Source of the DNA: a virus
Reading direction: 5' to 3' (one strand)
DNA length: 64,000 bases
Virus record (IMG/VR): IMGVR_UViG_3300049491_000419
Coordinates: 27,483 to 91,482 of that record
The notes under the pieces are model-generated. The model searched no databases. It had not been told where the DNA came from and saw nothing but the letters and a program-made list of their open reading frames with translations. The position numbers were made by a program, and so were the translations under genes. The first letter of the stretch is position 1; each line of letters starts with the position of its first letter. Positions 48,834-57,770 of the stretch are shown here, piece after piece.

Positions 48834-49275
48834 GATGTTGATTGATTATTAGTTTAATCTTTTCAATAGACTTTAGACTACAGAAACTTATTTTAGCACC
48901 TTGGTGCATTGGCTTCGGCCATTCTCCAAGATCTATCCAACAGTACCCGCAGCTCTCAGCATTCAATTCGGGTACAAACTCATCTTCGACTACACTCACG
49001 AAAGAATAATACTTGAAATGTTTATCTTTACTCTGATATACATCAAAGGGATAGATTTTTTCAATATCGGGAACAGATCCCATTTCTTCTGTTAGTTCAC
49101 GAAGAAGCGCATCCTTAGGTTGTTCCCCGTTTTCTACCATTCCACCCCAAAGTGACCAACACATTGAATGCGTCTTATGTGGCGCGCGAAGATTTAGTAA
49201 AACTCTTTTAGTTTTTGTAGAAACAAATATTGTTCCTACACCGGTCTTATTCGTAATTTGATTGACATTGTCCAT
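48820..49275 (-). CDS. NUDIX hydrolase
   Basis: GGMVENGEQPKDALLRELTEEMG matches the Nudix box. Confidence 0.92.
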   Translation of the reverse strand: MDNVNQITNKTGVGTIFVSTKTKRVLLNLRAPHKTHSMCWSLWGGMVENGEQPKDALLRELTEEMGSVPDIEKIYPFDVYQSKDKHFKYYSFVSVVEDEFVPELNAESCGYCWIDLGEWPKPMHQGAKISFCSLKSIEKIKLIINQHPSGV

Positions 49276-49290
49276 AAAACTATTTATAAT
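49262..49290 (+). promoter_or_regulatory. Consensus sigma70 promoter for the HNH gene
   Basis: TTGACA-17 bp-TATAAT; ATG follows 10 nt after the -10. Confidence 0.75.
49281..49288 (-). promoter_or_regulatory. Late promoter box TATAAATA for NUDIX
   Basis: Exact T4 late consensus, 5 nt upstream of ATG 49275. Confidence 0.55.
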
Positions 49291-49300
49291 AAATAAATCT

Positions 49301-49909
49301 ATGAACTACACATTACACTATGAGAGATTGATTGAACGGGCGCAGGAACGATCAATTTTACCAGATGAATATTTTGAAGAGCATCACATTGTTCCTAAAT
49401 GCCTGGGTGGTGATAACTCGGACGAAAATCTTGTTAAGTTATTTCCCGAAGAGCATTATGTTGCACATCAGTTATTGGTTAAAATTTATCCAAAGGAGAA
49501 AAGTCTTGTATATGCTGCCCACATGATGGGTAACACAAGAAAAGGCAACAAGTCATATGCCTGGCTTCGATTAAAGTTTGCTAAAATTCGATCAAAAACA
49601 AAACATTCAGAAGAAACTAAAAGAAAGATATCCGAAACTCAAAGAGGAAGAATTGGACCGCCTATGCCCGAATCTACTAGATCGGCAATTATTTTAGCAA
49701 ATACTGGGAGATCGCCATCTAATAAAGGTGTTCCTATGTCTAAAGAAACTAAAAGAAAGATTACAGCAACGATGGAACCAATTTATGAATCAAAGCGCGG
49801 GATACCTATGCAAATTATTGAATGTCCACATTGTAATAAATCTGGAAATAAAATTGTAATGCATAGATGGCATTTCGATAAGTGTAAATCAATTATTCAT
49901 AATTATTGA
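49301..49909 (+). mobile_element. Free-standing HNH homing endonuclease with NUMOD3-like motifs
   Basis: EEHHIVPKCLGG.N...NLV.L..EEH..AH.LL, HSEETKRKIS, C-terminal CPHC..RWHFDKCK; antisense between gp15-like and NUDIX genes. Start MNY at 49301. Confidence 0.85.
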
Positions 49910-51341
49910 TCACGGTACCATCGGGTGCTTGAATAATATTATCGATTCTCCAGAAGCCGGGTCCAAATTGCCCATAATAAGTATATGTCCAGTCACTTGT
50001 GGAAGAATCAAATCTATATTGACTCGAATTTGCGTTGTTGACCACATAATTCATTCCAGATGCAGTTCGTGAATCAAAGGAGACCATCCAATTCACGCCG
50101 TTGTATTCAATGATGTCATTAGGGTAAGCAACAATGAATTGCCCCCACGGACTTGTTGGAACGTTTAACGGAATAGCTGGTTCTTCGCCTGTACTGTTTG
50201 CTGAAGTTAGAAGATACCGCTGGCCCGCAGCAGCCAGCGGTAATCCGTGCCCGGGCCACACTTCTGTAGGATCGATAATGTTTGCAATCGGTAACATTGT
50301 GGTTGCAGGCAATGTATCAATGTCCGGAGTAAAAATCAAGACGTTTTGATTCATTGGGTCTTGCACAATGCCGCCGATGATGTCTGTATCAGTAACATCG
50401 AGATCGGGGTCAAGCTTTAGCCTAATTTTGGTGATATTAGGCGTGATCTGCCCGTATTTTTGTATTAGACTTCCCCAGCTTAGTGCAGGATCAACTTGTC
50501 CAAACTCGTTAAGCAATGTAATGGTATCTGTTGGGCCTGCATTGGCTACTGAAATTTTATAGTTGCCTTCTGATGTAACAATCTGAATAGGAATGCCACC
50601 GTAACATTTGAACGGATCATATTCCTTATCAATTCTATTACGTAGGTCATCAACATCGGCCACGTTGTAAACCTGTGTAACAATTTCAGCAATAAGTCCG
50701 CTTCTCTTAAGTTTAGCAGGCGGATTAATCCAAGCTTCGACCTTGAACTTGAAACTCATTACATCACGTTCTTCTGTGCCACCTTGTGGAATAGAACGAT
50801 TGGTCCAGCTAAAATCTTCCAGCCAGACTTCAAAAATACTTGTCCAGTCTAGTAGATTACTGTTCTGTTGAAGTTGAATAGATGGATTGAAGATGGTCAT
50901 AATCTGTTCCATCAACTGAAGTTTTGTGGTTGTATTGGTTGTCCAAACATCAAGCTTGAACATGATATCAATAGGCACAGGCATGTAACGTTCTACATCT
51001 TGTCTTACGCCCGGCTCTGAACCATAAGTCTGTGTAAGTGGATCAAACTGACGTTCTACCGTAGAAACTTTACCTACGTATTGCGTATCTTGTCTACGCT
51101 TTGGTTGATGCTTAATACTTTCAATCCATGCACTGAACATAGGTGCGGGTAGCATTGTATTCTCACTACCACCCTTGATAAGTTGTGCAACAAGCCATGA
51201 TGGATCACCGTATAAAATAGGTACTTGTTGAATAGTGTAAAGCCCGTTGGCGTCTGGACCGTTTCTAACTTTGATATCAGAAAAGATTCGCATAAACTGT
51301 AGTAGGTAACGTCTTACCTGGCCATCATAGAAAAAATCCAT
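49893..51341 (-). CDS. gp15: Tail terminator/sheath stabiliser, gp15-like, with C-terminal extension
   Basis: FFYDGQVRRYLLQF.RIFS, VPI.YG, MPVP.D..F.L..WT, QL.EQI...FNP. Confidence 0.72.
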   Translation of the reverse strand: MDFFYDGQVRRYLLQFMRIFSDIKVRNGPDANGLYTIQQVPILYGDPSWLVAQLIKGGSENTMLPAPMFSAWIESIKHQPKRRQDTQYVGKVSTVERQFDPLTQTYGSEPGVRQDVERYMPVPIDIMFKLDVWTTNTTTKLQLMEQIMTIFNPSIQLQQNSNLLDWTSIFEVWLEDFSWTNRSIPQGGTEERDVMSFKFKVEAWINPPAKLKRSGLIAEIVTQVYNVADVDDLRNRIDKEYDPFKCYGGIPIQIVTSEGNYKISVANAGPTDTITLLNEFGQVDPALSWGSLIQKYGQITPNITKIRLKLDPDLDVTDTDIIGGIVQDPMNQNVLIFTPDIDTLPATTMLPIANIIDPTEVWPGHGLPLAAAGQRYLLTSANSTGEEPAIPLNVPTSPWGQFIVAYPNDIIEYNGVNWMVSFDSRTASGMNYVVNNANSSQYRFDSSTSDWTYTYYGQFGPGFWRIDNIIQAPDGTVINNYE

Positions 51342-52639
51342 TATACTCCAGATCCGGGATCAATAACGCCCGGACTTCCTGTGTTAGAACTGTTACCACG
51401 CAGAGCAGCACGGTCATCCGCAATTGCAGATCTTGCAGCTTCGGCAGCGGTAGTTTGGGTTTTACGCTCTGCGTAAAGATCGACTTTCTGTTTAACAACT
51501 TGTGACAATGCTTGTTTCTCTGGTAGAATTGTTCCATCAGAAAGAACGGTATCTCTATTGTTATCAATGAATGTATCGAGAACTCTATTGTATGCAGTCC
51601 ATGCCTTCAAAACGTTCACCTCTATAAGTTTGAAACAGTTTCCCTGCTTCTGAAATAGTCTTTCTGGATAATAGTCAATACGTAGATAGTATTGCCCATC
51701 TTGCATTCCGGGCGGGAAAGTAATACCCGCACCAACAAGTGGTCCCGATGGAACTAAATTGTCCGTATTATCTGTAGAAAGGTTTGGAGGAGCGCCATCG
51801 CCGCTGAAATAGTTGCTGCCAACAATAGGATATCCTGTTTCATCTAGGTAGATGTATAGGTTAGCACTTTCAAAGAACTTAGGATCAAAGAAAGCATTCT
51901 TTTCAGCTTCTGCGACAACAGCATCATTGATGCCAATAATCTTGCAGAATAGGTCTAGTGAGTTCTTAATATCTGGGTTACATCCTAATCCTGGATTGCC
52001 ATTTTTATCTGAAACTTCTGCAAAACCGTCTGGCATAACTCCAATGCCTTGTCCAACACCACCAGCAGTTTGTCCTGTAGCAGCCTGATCGATAATCTCT
52101 GTGAACTCTACAGAAGCAGTCATCAACTTAGCCCTTACAAGCCAAATATGCGGAAACCATTTCTGTCCATATCCGGCAGCAGCATAAAGCGCATCCTGCA
52201 CAACATAGTAACGATTGATACCAACTGCATTATCAAAAATGGGAACATCACGCATGCTTGGAAACTCTAATACATCACCTGCAATAAGTTTTCTACCTAA
52301 CGAATCAAGCATATCATTATAGTGAAAAGTAATACGGATGACATCTGAACTCAAAAACACACCAAACTGTGATAGGTCGTAGTTTACGTCCTGTGGTTGG
52401 TGATGTCCGCGTAGCTCAATAACATTAGGATTGTATTTACGATTGTTGTTTGTTAGAAACAAAACGTCTTGAATAGTTGTTAACGAGGTGTCTGTATTTC
52501 CTGCGGAATCAGTTGTTGGACCCTCGTACATATGCACAAGAATACCGTCACCGGCAATTCTAAAATTTTCGCCAATGGCACGATCTATGAAATTAAAATC
52601 TGTACCCTTAACTGGATTCCAAAGTGAAATTCTTGCCAT
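51341..52639 (-). CDS. gp14: Neck protein, gp14-like
   Basis: IQDVLFL.N.NRKY, DLSQFG.FL, GRKLIAGDVLE.P; upstream of the gp15-like gene. Confidence 0.65.
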   Translation of the reverse strand: MARISLWNPVKGTDFNFIDRAIGENFRIAGDGILVHMYEGPTTDSAGNTDTSLTTIQDVLFLTNNNRKYNPNVIELRGHHQPQDVNYDLSQFGVFLSSDVIRITFHYNDMLDSLGRKLIAGDVLEFPSMRDVPIFDNAVGINRYYVVQDALYAAAGYGQKWFPHIWLVRAKLMTASVEFTEIIDQAATGQTAGGVGQGIGVMPDGFAEVSDKNGNPGLGCNPDIKNSLDLFCKIIGINDAVVAEAEKNAFFDPKFFESANLYIYLDETGYPIVGSNYFSGDGAPPNLSTDNTDNLVPSGPLVGAGITFPPGMQDGQYYLRIDYYPERLFQKQGNCFKLIEVNVLKAWTAYNRVLDTFIDNNRDTVLSDGTILPEKQALSQVVKQKVDLYAERKTQTTAAEAARSAIADDRAALRGNSSNTGSPGVIDPGSGV

Positions 52640-52657
52640 ACCTGCCCTCGTTTTATG

Positions 52658-52666
52658 TATTTATCA
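52658..52666 (-). promoter_or_regulatory. Late promoter box TGATAAATA (neck operon)
   Basis: Upstream of GAGG SD and ATG 52639. Confidence 0.75.
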
Positions 52667-52702
52667 ATGAAGGAGATATAAAATCGCAGTAATTCTGTTT
52701 AT

Positions 52703-52711
52703 TGATAAATA
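52703..52711 (+). promoter_or_regulatory. Late promoter box TGATAAATA (fibre operon)
   Basis: Divergent partner, upstream of AGGAG SD and ATG 52772. Confidence 0.75.
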
Positions 52712-52771
52712 AGTGATAAGACATGACTAGCACCGTGTGCTAGACAGGATAATACCTGAACAGGAGAGCTT

Positions 52772-54490
52772 ATGTCAGTAACAATCAACGCCAAAGGCAC
52801 GAGCGTATCAACCTTCATGGTTGGTAAAGGTGGACTTCAATTATCACAAGCTGGTGAAATTACCCCACCACCAACTAATGATTTGGTATTTAATCTTGGC
52901 ACAGACAAAAATGTTATTTTTGATGCTGGTGTAGCAGGTCCGGCCCTAATCACCACCTCTGATGATCAAGATTTACACATCAACCCCGCTGTAGGCGGCG
53001 GCCAGTATCTTATTCTAAATGCACTTCGCTGGCCAACAACCGATGGTACAGTTGGTCAAGTTGTAGGTACAAACGGTGCTGGAATTCTAACATTTGTTGA
53101 CCAGGGTAACCTTGCAATACCGGATAAAGAGATTGTATTTGGCACCGGTCCGGGCACAGATAGCAGTTCGGATCTAACATTTAATTCAACCTCATTATTA
53201 ATGACACTCGGTGTTACCGGATCCGGTAAAATTGTTAGCGGTGTAGGGAATGACCTAGAAGTAAGAACTGGAATCAATAGTACATATCTTGGATTATACG
53301 GCGGCGATGGGGCAAGTTTCGGTGCCGACGTTGAAGTGGGTGCAGGTGCAGGTACATCAGATTTTGGCGGAAACATTACGGTATATGGTGGTGCCGGAGC
53401 AACCAGTGGTGGTTCGATTAGTCTAACTGGTGGTGCAGGAACTACATTAATTGGTGGTTCGATAACTCTTACTTCGGGCACTGGAGTTACAGGTGCCGGC
53501 CCGATAAATGTTACTGCGGGCGATGCTACAGGAACAGGTGCAGCCGGCGCAAATATTACATTAACTGGCGGAACCTCAGTTGATAGTGAGGCCGGCGGTG
53601 TAACCTTGCAGGGTGGCGTATCAACCAGCAATTATGGCGGACTTCTTTATCTTGCCGGCGGCACCGGTGACTCAGGTGGTTCTGTCACTATTAATGGTGG
53701 CTCAACTGTTGGATCGGGACCTGCAGGATCTGTAACTATTGCCGGCGGATTTGCCCAATCTGGTGGATCAATCTTCGCAGGATCAGCATTTTTGTCCGGT
53801 GGTGTGGCTATCGATGGCACTGTCGGAAGTCCGCTAGGTGGTGTAGTCACTATTACAGGTGGGGTACACGATAATGCAGCACAGGATGCTTCTAATGGTG
53901 ATGGATCAGCAGTATATATCAACGGTGGTTACGGAAATTATGGAGCCGCAGCCTATGACGGTGGCTCTGTAAATATTAAAGGCGGCAACGGTGACCTCGG
54001 TGGAAATCTAAATCTCAGTGCTGGTGACTCCGACGGAGCAACCGGTGCCACTGTGGCAATTAATGGTGGTGTAGCAGCAACAACTGGCGGAAATATTATC
54101 CTCAGCACCGCAACCTCAACCACATTATCTGAACGTTTTCGGATTCTCGGAAATGGTTCCTGGTCCATTGGATCGACAGGAACAGAGACGGGAACCGCAG
54201 GATTTGTCTTAACTACCAATGGATCGAGTGCCGCACCGACGTGGCAGGCACCGGTACCGGCAGCACCAAATTATCAAGAATTTTCAGCTACAGCATCACA
54301 AACTGTGTTCAACACATCAATTCCAACTGTGGCTAAAGCAGGTACAAAAGCGTATCTTCAGGTATTTGTTAATGGTATCTTCCAACAAGAGGGAGCCACA
54401 AAGGCATTTACTGTTACAGGTGCAACTCAGATTACCTTCAACGCTGGATTAGCTGCGACAGACGATGTTGTTATATACGGGTACGTATAA
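52772..54490 (+). CDS. Gly-rich fibre protein with C-terminal LQVFVNG module (572 aa)
   Basis: GG.I.L.GG.G repeats; last ~73 aa match the modules at 2545-3216. Confidence 0.7.
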   Translation: MSVTINAKGTSVSTFMVGKGGLQLSQAGEITPPPTNDLVFNLGTDKNVIFDAGVAGPALITTSDDQDLHINPAVGGGQYLILNALRWPTTDGTVGQVVGTNGAGILTFVDQGNLAIPDKEIVFGTGPGTDSSSDLTFNSTSLLMTLGVTGSGKIVSGVGNDLEVRTGINSTYLGLYGGDGASFGADVEVGAGAGTSDFGGNITVYGGAGATSGGSISLTGGAGTTLIGGSITLTSGTGVTGAGPINVTAGDATGTGAAGANITLTGGTSVDSEAGGVTLQGGVSTSNYGGLLYLAGGTGDSGGSVTINGGSTVGSGPAGSVTIAGGFAQSGGSIFAGSAFLSGGVAIDGTVGSPLGGVVTITGGVHDNAAQDASNGDGSAVYINGGYGNYGAAAYDGGSVNIKGGNGDLGGNLNLSAGDSDGATGATVAINGGVAATTGGNIILSTATSTTLSERFRILGNGSWSIGSTGTETGTAGFVLTTNGSSAAPTWQAPVPAAPNYQEFSATASQTVFNTSIPTVAKAGTKAYLQVFVNGIFQQEGATKAFTVTGATQITFNAGLAATDDVVIYGYV

Positions 54491-54499
54491 GGATAGAAT

Positions 54500-57400
54500 A
54501 TGGCACAAAAGAAAATCACTGGAGTTCAACTTGATACAACCACTATCACCTTGTCGGGTGGTGCATTAACTCCATCGAGTATAGCTGCAACTGGTACGGT
54601 TACCGGTTCTAACCTTTCCGGCACTAATACAGGCGATCAAACAATATCACTTACTGGTGATGTTACGGGATCTGGTACAGGTTCTTTTGCTGCAACTCTT
54701 GCAACAGTGAATAGTAATGTTGGATCATTTGGTACAGCAAGCTCAACCGGAACTTTTACTGTAAATGCAAAAGGATTAATTACCGCAGCAAGCAATACGT
54801 CAATTCAGATTGCAGAAACTCAAATTACCGATGGCGCTCTTCTTGCCCGCGTAAATGCAAATGAAACCATTACAGGAAACTGGACGTTCAATAACGTTGT
54901 TGTTGGCGTTGATCCTGTCTCTGCAAGCAATTTCACAACGAAACAATATGTCGATAATGCGCTCCTTGGTCTGACATGGAAAGCACCTGTATTAGCGGCC
55001 ACTACTGCAAACATTACACTTTCCGGTGCTCAGACAATTGACGGAGTGTCATTGGTTGCCGGAAATCGTTGTCTTGTAAAGAATCAGACATCATCACAGA
55101 ATAACGGAATTTATGTTGTTGCATCTGGTGCATGGACACGAGCAACTGACTTCGATTCTATTACTCCTATTGATGAAATTAACGGCGCAGCCGTCTTTGT
55201 AACACTTGGTACAACACAGGGTGATACTGGTTGGGTTGAAACTGCAACCGTTGTCACCGTCGGGACCGATCCAATTATCTTTGTTCAGTTCTCGGCTGCT
55301 GGTGCTTATACAGCAGGTGCCGGCCTGTCACTGTCAGGTAATACATTTAACGTAGGCACAGCATCAAGTTCACGTATCGTTGTAAACGTTGATGATATTG
55401 ACCTTGCAACTGTTGGAACAGCAGGAACATACAAATCAGTAACCACAGATGCATACGGCAGAGTGACTGCTGGAACAAATCCTACAACACTTGCCGGATA
55501 TGGCATTGTTGATGCTCAACCGTTAGACGCAACACTAACATCACTTGCAGCATATAACACCAACGGTCTTCTCACCCAAACCGCAGCAGATACATTTGTC
55601 GGCAGAACCATTACAGGCACAGCAGGCAACATTACTGTTTCAAACGGTAACGGAGTTTCTGGAAACCCAACGCTTGACCTTGCAACAGTTACTGATGCTG
55701 GTACAGGAACATTTCTAAAGCTTACTAGGGATTCATATGGTCGTGTTAGCGGGACAACTGCGGTTGTAGCAGCCGACATCACTGCTCTAGTAAATGCGAC
55801 CTATGTAAATGTTACAGGCGATGTAATGTCGGGTCCACTGCAATTAGATGCAAGCACACAGGTAACATCAAGCGGTTCAGCCGGATCATTGCAGCTCGGA
55901 TTTCTAAATAGTGCCATCACATCAACTACAGATGCATTTGTAACTTGGGCCGGATCGTCGCAGCCATTAATTAGCTCATTTGGTGGAGCTAACGGGTCAT
56001 TATTACTTGCAGCTAGAAATATTTCTGGTTCTGCAATTGTGATGTCCACCGGTGGTGTAAATGCTGCTATGATTGATAGCAACGGTAATTTTGGTATTGG
56101 AACTACAAATCCGCAGTTCCAGTTTGATCTACAAGGTACAGGTGGATCACCAATGTCATTGACACGTTTTTCTAATACTGCATCTAGTACATCTATTAGC
56201 TTGAGACACTCTCGTGGCGCCGCAGTTGGGACAAATACTATCGTTCAAAACGGTGACACTTTGGGAAGTCTTATTTTTAGTGGTGCGAATGGCACCGGTT
56301 ACGACAGTAGCTCAGCAGTTCGAGGTGAAGTTGATGGAACCCCCGGTGCTTCTGCAGACATGCCCGGTCGCCTCATTTTCCTAACATGTGCAGATGGTTC
56401 GGCAACTCTTTCTGAACGTCTGAGAATTGACAATGCTGGGCAGATTGGTGTCGGTGGTGTGGTTCCGGGCTCCTGGTCGGCCTCCGCAAAGGCACTCGAA
56501 TTTTCATATCCGACATTTGGCATGGACGGTGCCGGCCAGGCATTTATGGGCTTCAATCTACGTGAACAAACCTCCGGTAACTGGTTTTACAAATCAACTG
56601 ATTATGGATTATTGTTCCGTAGTGGAGGTTCTTCGGGTTGGTTGTGGTCCACGGCACCAAGTGGAACTGTTAATACGGCAGCCACATTAACTGAGCGTAT
56701 GCGTCTTGATCAAAACGGCATGCTCGGATTAGGTACTACACCATCGGCCTGGTCAACCAGCATGCGTGCCATTGATATCAGCACGGGTGCAGCAATTCGT
56801 GGCACCAGTACCGGTATTTCAATGGAATGCAATACGTATTATAACGGTTCGAATTTTATTGCTAAAAATACGGGTGCAGGTGGTGAACTTGCAGTTGATG
56901 CAGGCACAATGTATTTCTTCAATGCCGCATCTGTATCTGGTGGTGCAACACAAACAATGGTTGAACGTTTGCGCGTTGATACCAGCGGGGTGTTGACGTT
57001 AGGTAATGCCGGAACATCAAATCTCTTTTTAGGATCTGCCTCATCACTCGGAGGTGGTGCAACCAATAGAGCATATATTAATATGAATGGCACAACAGAT
57101 AGTACCATTTATATGGGCGCAAGCAATTCCGCAGGATTTTATATCTATAACAATGGTGCATCGGGGCTTACACAATTTGTCAATCCGGGTACCGCCACAA
57201 TGGACTTCTACACAAACGGAAGTCTTCGACAGCGTATCACCTCCTCCGGTGACGTGTTGGTGGGCCGTGCGTCTGGTGGACTTGATAACACCTCGGGAAC
57301 AACTATCGTCAGCGGTACTATTCAATCTGAGAGATCCTCCGCAACTTCGCTGTTCTTAAATCGTTCAACATCAGATGGAGCGGTTGCTGAATTCCGTAGA

Positions 57401-57742
57401 CAGAACACTCCTGTCGGTACGATCTCAGTTACTGGTTCAGCAACCGCGTACAACACCTCGTCTGATATTCGCCTCAAGGAGAATATTGTTGATGCGGGAC
57501 CTGCAGGTTTGGTGATCGATGCTATACAGGTGCGAGAATTTGACTTTAAGAACGGTGATCATCAACGTTTCGGATTTATTGCACAGGAGCTTGTTGTGGT
57601 TGCACCCGAGGCAGTAAAGGTAGGTGATAATGCTTTGGAGATTGTTGAGGCCTGGGGAGTCGATTATTCCAAGCTTGTACCACTTCTAGTTAAGGAAATC
57701 CAAGAGTTGAGAGCTCGTGTTGCTCTCCTGGAAACAAAATAA
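54500..57742 (+). CDS. Tail fibre with C-terminal intramolecular chaperone (peptidase S74), 1080 aa
   Basis: ERLRID..G..GIG repeats; SDIRLKENI...GFIAQEL...PEAV...VDYSKLVPLLVKEIQEL. Confidence 0.85.
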   Translation: MAQKKITGVQLDTTTITLSGGALTPSSIAATGTVTGSNLSGTNTGDQTISLTGDVTGSGTGSFAATLATVNSNVGSFGTASSTGTFTVNAKGLITAASNTSIQIAETQITDGALLARVNANETITGNWTFNNVVVGVDPVSASNFTTKQYVDNALLGLTWKAPVLAATTANITLSGAQTIDGVSLVAGNRCLVKNQTSSQNNGIYVVASGAWTRATDFDSITPIDEINGAAVFVTLGTTQGDTGWVETATVVTVGTDPIIFVQFSAAGAYTAGAGLSLSGNTFNVGTASSSRIVVNVDDIDLATVGTAGTYKSVTTDAYGRVTAGTNPTTLAGYGIVDAQPLDATLTSLAAYNTNGLLTQTAADTFVGRTITGTAGNITVSNGNGVSGNPTLDLATVTDAGTGTFLKLTRDSYGRVSGTTAVVAADITALVNATYVNVTGDVMSGPLQLDASTQVTSSGSAGSLQLGFLNSAITSTTDAFVTWAGSSQPLISSFGGANGSLLLAARNISGSAIVMSTGGVNAAMIDSNGNFGIGTTNPQFQFDLQGTGGSPMSLTRFSNTASSTSISLRHSRGAAVGTNTIVQNGDTLGSLIFSGANGTGYDSSSAVRGEVDGTPGASADMPGRLIFLTCADGSATLSERLRIDNAGQIGVGGVVPGSWSASAKALEFSYPTFGMDGAGQAFMGFNLREQTSGNWFYKSTDYGLLFRSGGSSGWLWSTAPSGTVNTAATLTERMRLDQNGMLGLGTTPSAWSTSMRAIDISTGAAIRGTSTGISMECNTYYNGSNFIAKNTGAGGELAVDAGTMYFFNAASVSGGATQTMVERLRVDTSGVLTLGNAGTSNLFLGSASSLGGGATNRAYINMNGTTDSTIYMGASNSAGFYIYNNGASGLTQFVNPGTATMDFYTNGSLRQRITSSGDVLVGRASGGLDNTSGTTIVSGTIQSERSSATSLFLNRSTSDGAVAEFRRQNTPVGTISVTGSATAYNTSSDIRLKENIVDAGPAGLVIDAIQVREFDFKNGDHQRFGFIAQELVVVAPEAVKVGDNALEIVEAWGVDYSKLVPLLVKEIQELRARVALLETK

Positions 57743-57743
57743 A

Positions 57744-57751
57744 GATAAATA
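57744..57751 (+). promoter_or_regulatory. Late promoter box GATAAATA
   Basis: Between the stop at 57742 and GGAG SD/ATG 57771. Confidence 0.7.
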
Positions 57752-57770
57752 TAAAAACGGAGTTTTAACT

